64,000 nt of DNA from Eledone cirrhosa (taxonomy: Eukaryota): assembly GCA_964016885.1 (NCBI GenBank), contig OZ024741.1, positions 224,130,001 through 224,194,000 of the forward strand, given 5' to 3'. Below the pieces are notes generated by a model. It did no database searches, was not told the DNA's origin, and worked only from the letters and a program-made list of their open reading frames with translations. Shown piece after piece: positions 62,831 through 64,000 of this stretch (the stretch's first letter is position 1; every line of letters starts with the position of its first letter). The position numbers were made by a program, and so were the translations under genes.

Positions 62831-64000
62831 TGTATCATTTGAATCTCTTACATATGCTTCCATGCTCTATCATGTACATTTTACCCTGATACCAGAAATA
62901 ACGATGTTGTCATGTCATTGACACAACTAAAAGGTTCTCCCAACTCTTTGTTTGGCAAACTTACTATGACTGGATGCCCTCACTATCACCAACAACTTTA
63001 CAGCATGTACTGGGTTTATTTATTGTGTAGATCACTAACACTAGGGAGATTGTCATGTCCTTGACACAACTGAAGGATCCTCCAGACCCTTTATTTGACA
63101 ACAAACTTACTTACACAATAAAAAGAAATTAGTTCATAACCAAATAAATTATATATTTAAAAAAAAAAATAGGTAGGTTTGCAGAAATAATCTTAGCTAT
63201 CTAATTTGTTTTTATGTTAACTGATTTCAGCCATGGGTAGCTTTTCAAATTTACATTTCAAGATTACATTTGTGCTGAGAATGAATTTCCTAACACCAGT
63301 CACTGACCTGACTGAAGGACCCTAGCCACACTAGGGGAGGGGATGCCTTATTCAGATATAAAAATAGGAGGTGGGAGTTAAGTATGTTGACATGGATCTG
63401 ATAGGAGGGGGGGGAGGGTAATGTAGGAGGGAGTGGAGGGTAGTACAGTGCCGGCTCCTGAGGAAGGAAATACTTTGTTTTAAGGTAGACATGTCAGGAG
63501 GAGAGGTTTAAGATGGATGACAGATATTCTGTCATGGATGTAGTGGGATTTACCAGGATGATATGAGCAAGAAACTATGACAAAAATGGATTATAGAAGG
63601 AAGACACGTCTTGGAGGGCAGTAAAAATAGACCCCCTTCAGTCACAAATGACTATGGGATTTGTACCTAGAAAGTTTCACCTCCAAGGCCCAAGTCTGGG
63701 CAAGGTTGTTTGTGGAAGACCAACAGTCACCTATGCATACAAGCCTCCCCTCTCCACGCCACCGATGATGTCCAAGGGAAAGGCTAACTTGGACCAAAAG
63801 CTAACTTGGACCAAAAGGCAGAGAGTAATGTAGAAGAGAGTGGAGGGGTACAGTGATGTTGAAAGAAGATACTAAGGAATGGTGGTAGAGGGGTTGGGTA
63901 TGAGTGGGATTTGAGCTCAGAATGCAAAGAACCAGAACAAATAACGCATGGCATTTTACCTGATGTTCTAATGATTCTGCCAGTTCACTACTATATCAAT

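Overview
Eukaryotic, AT-rich, repeat-saturated DNA. The SINE families and microsatellite content suggest a coleoid cephalopod, probably an octopus (inference). I found no host protein-coding exon I can support, and no rRNA, true tRNA gene or CRISPR array; most listed ORFs are translations of simple repeats. The window is built from tRNA-derived SINEs (more than 25 copies, at least 5 families), decayed RTE-clade LINEs plus a short non-autonomous RTE derivative, Penelope-like element (PLE) remnants, a Helitron fragment, mariner/pogo/hAT/piggyBac-type DNA transposons and MITEs, two large minisatellites (69/73 bp and 38/35 bp units) and many microsatellites. The most notable signal is about 13 type I hammerhead-ribozyme-like motifs between 1.4 and 34.9 kb, from several different sequence families and mostly next to (TA)n. 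Several have intact cores, palindromic helix III, covarying helix II, the compensated U3-A8 core variant or long helix II insertions. The best is a 268-bp, ORF-less, hairpin-rich element at 34658-34925 that resembles a solo pLTR or retrozyme. All RNA structures were folded by eye and none has been tested for activity.
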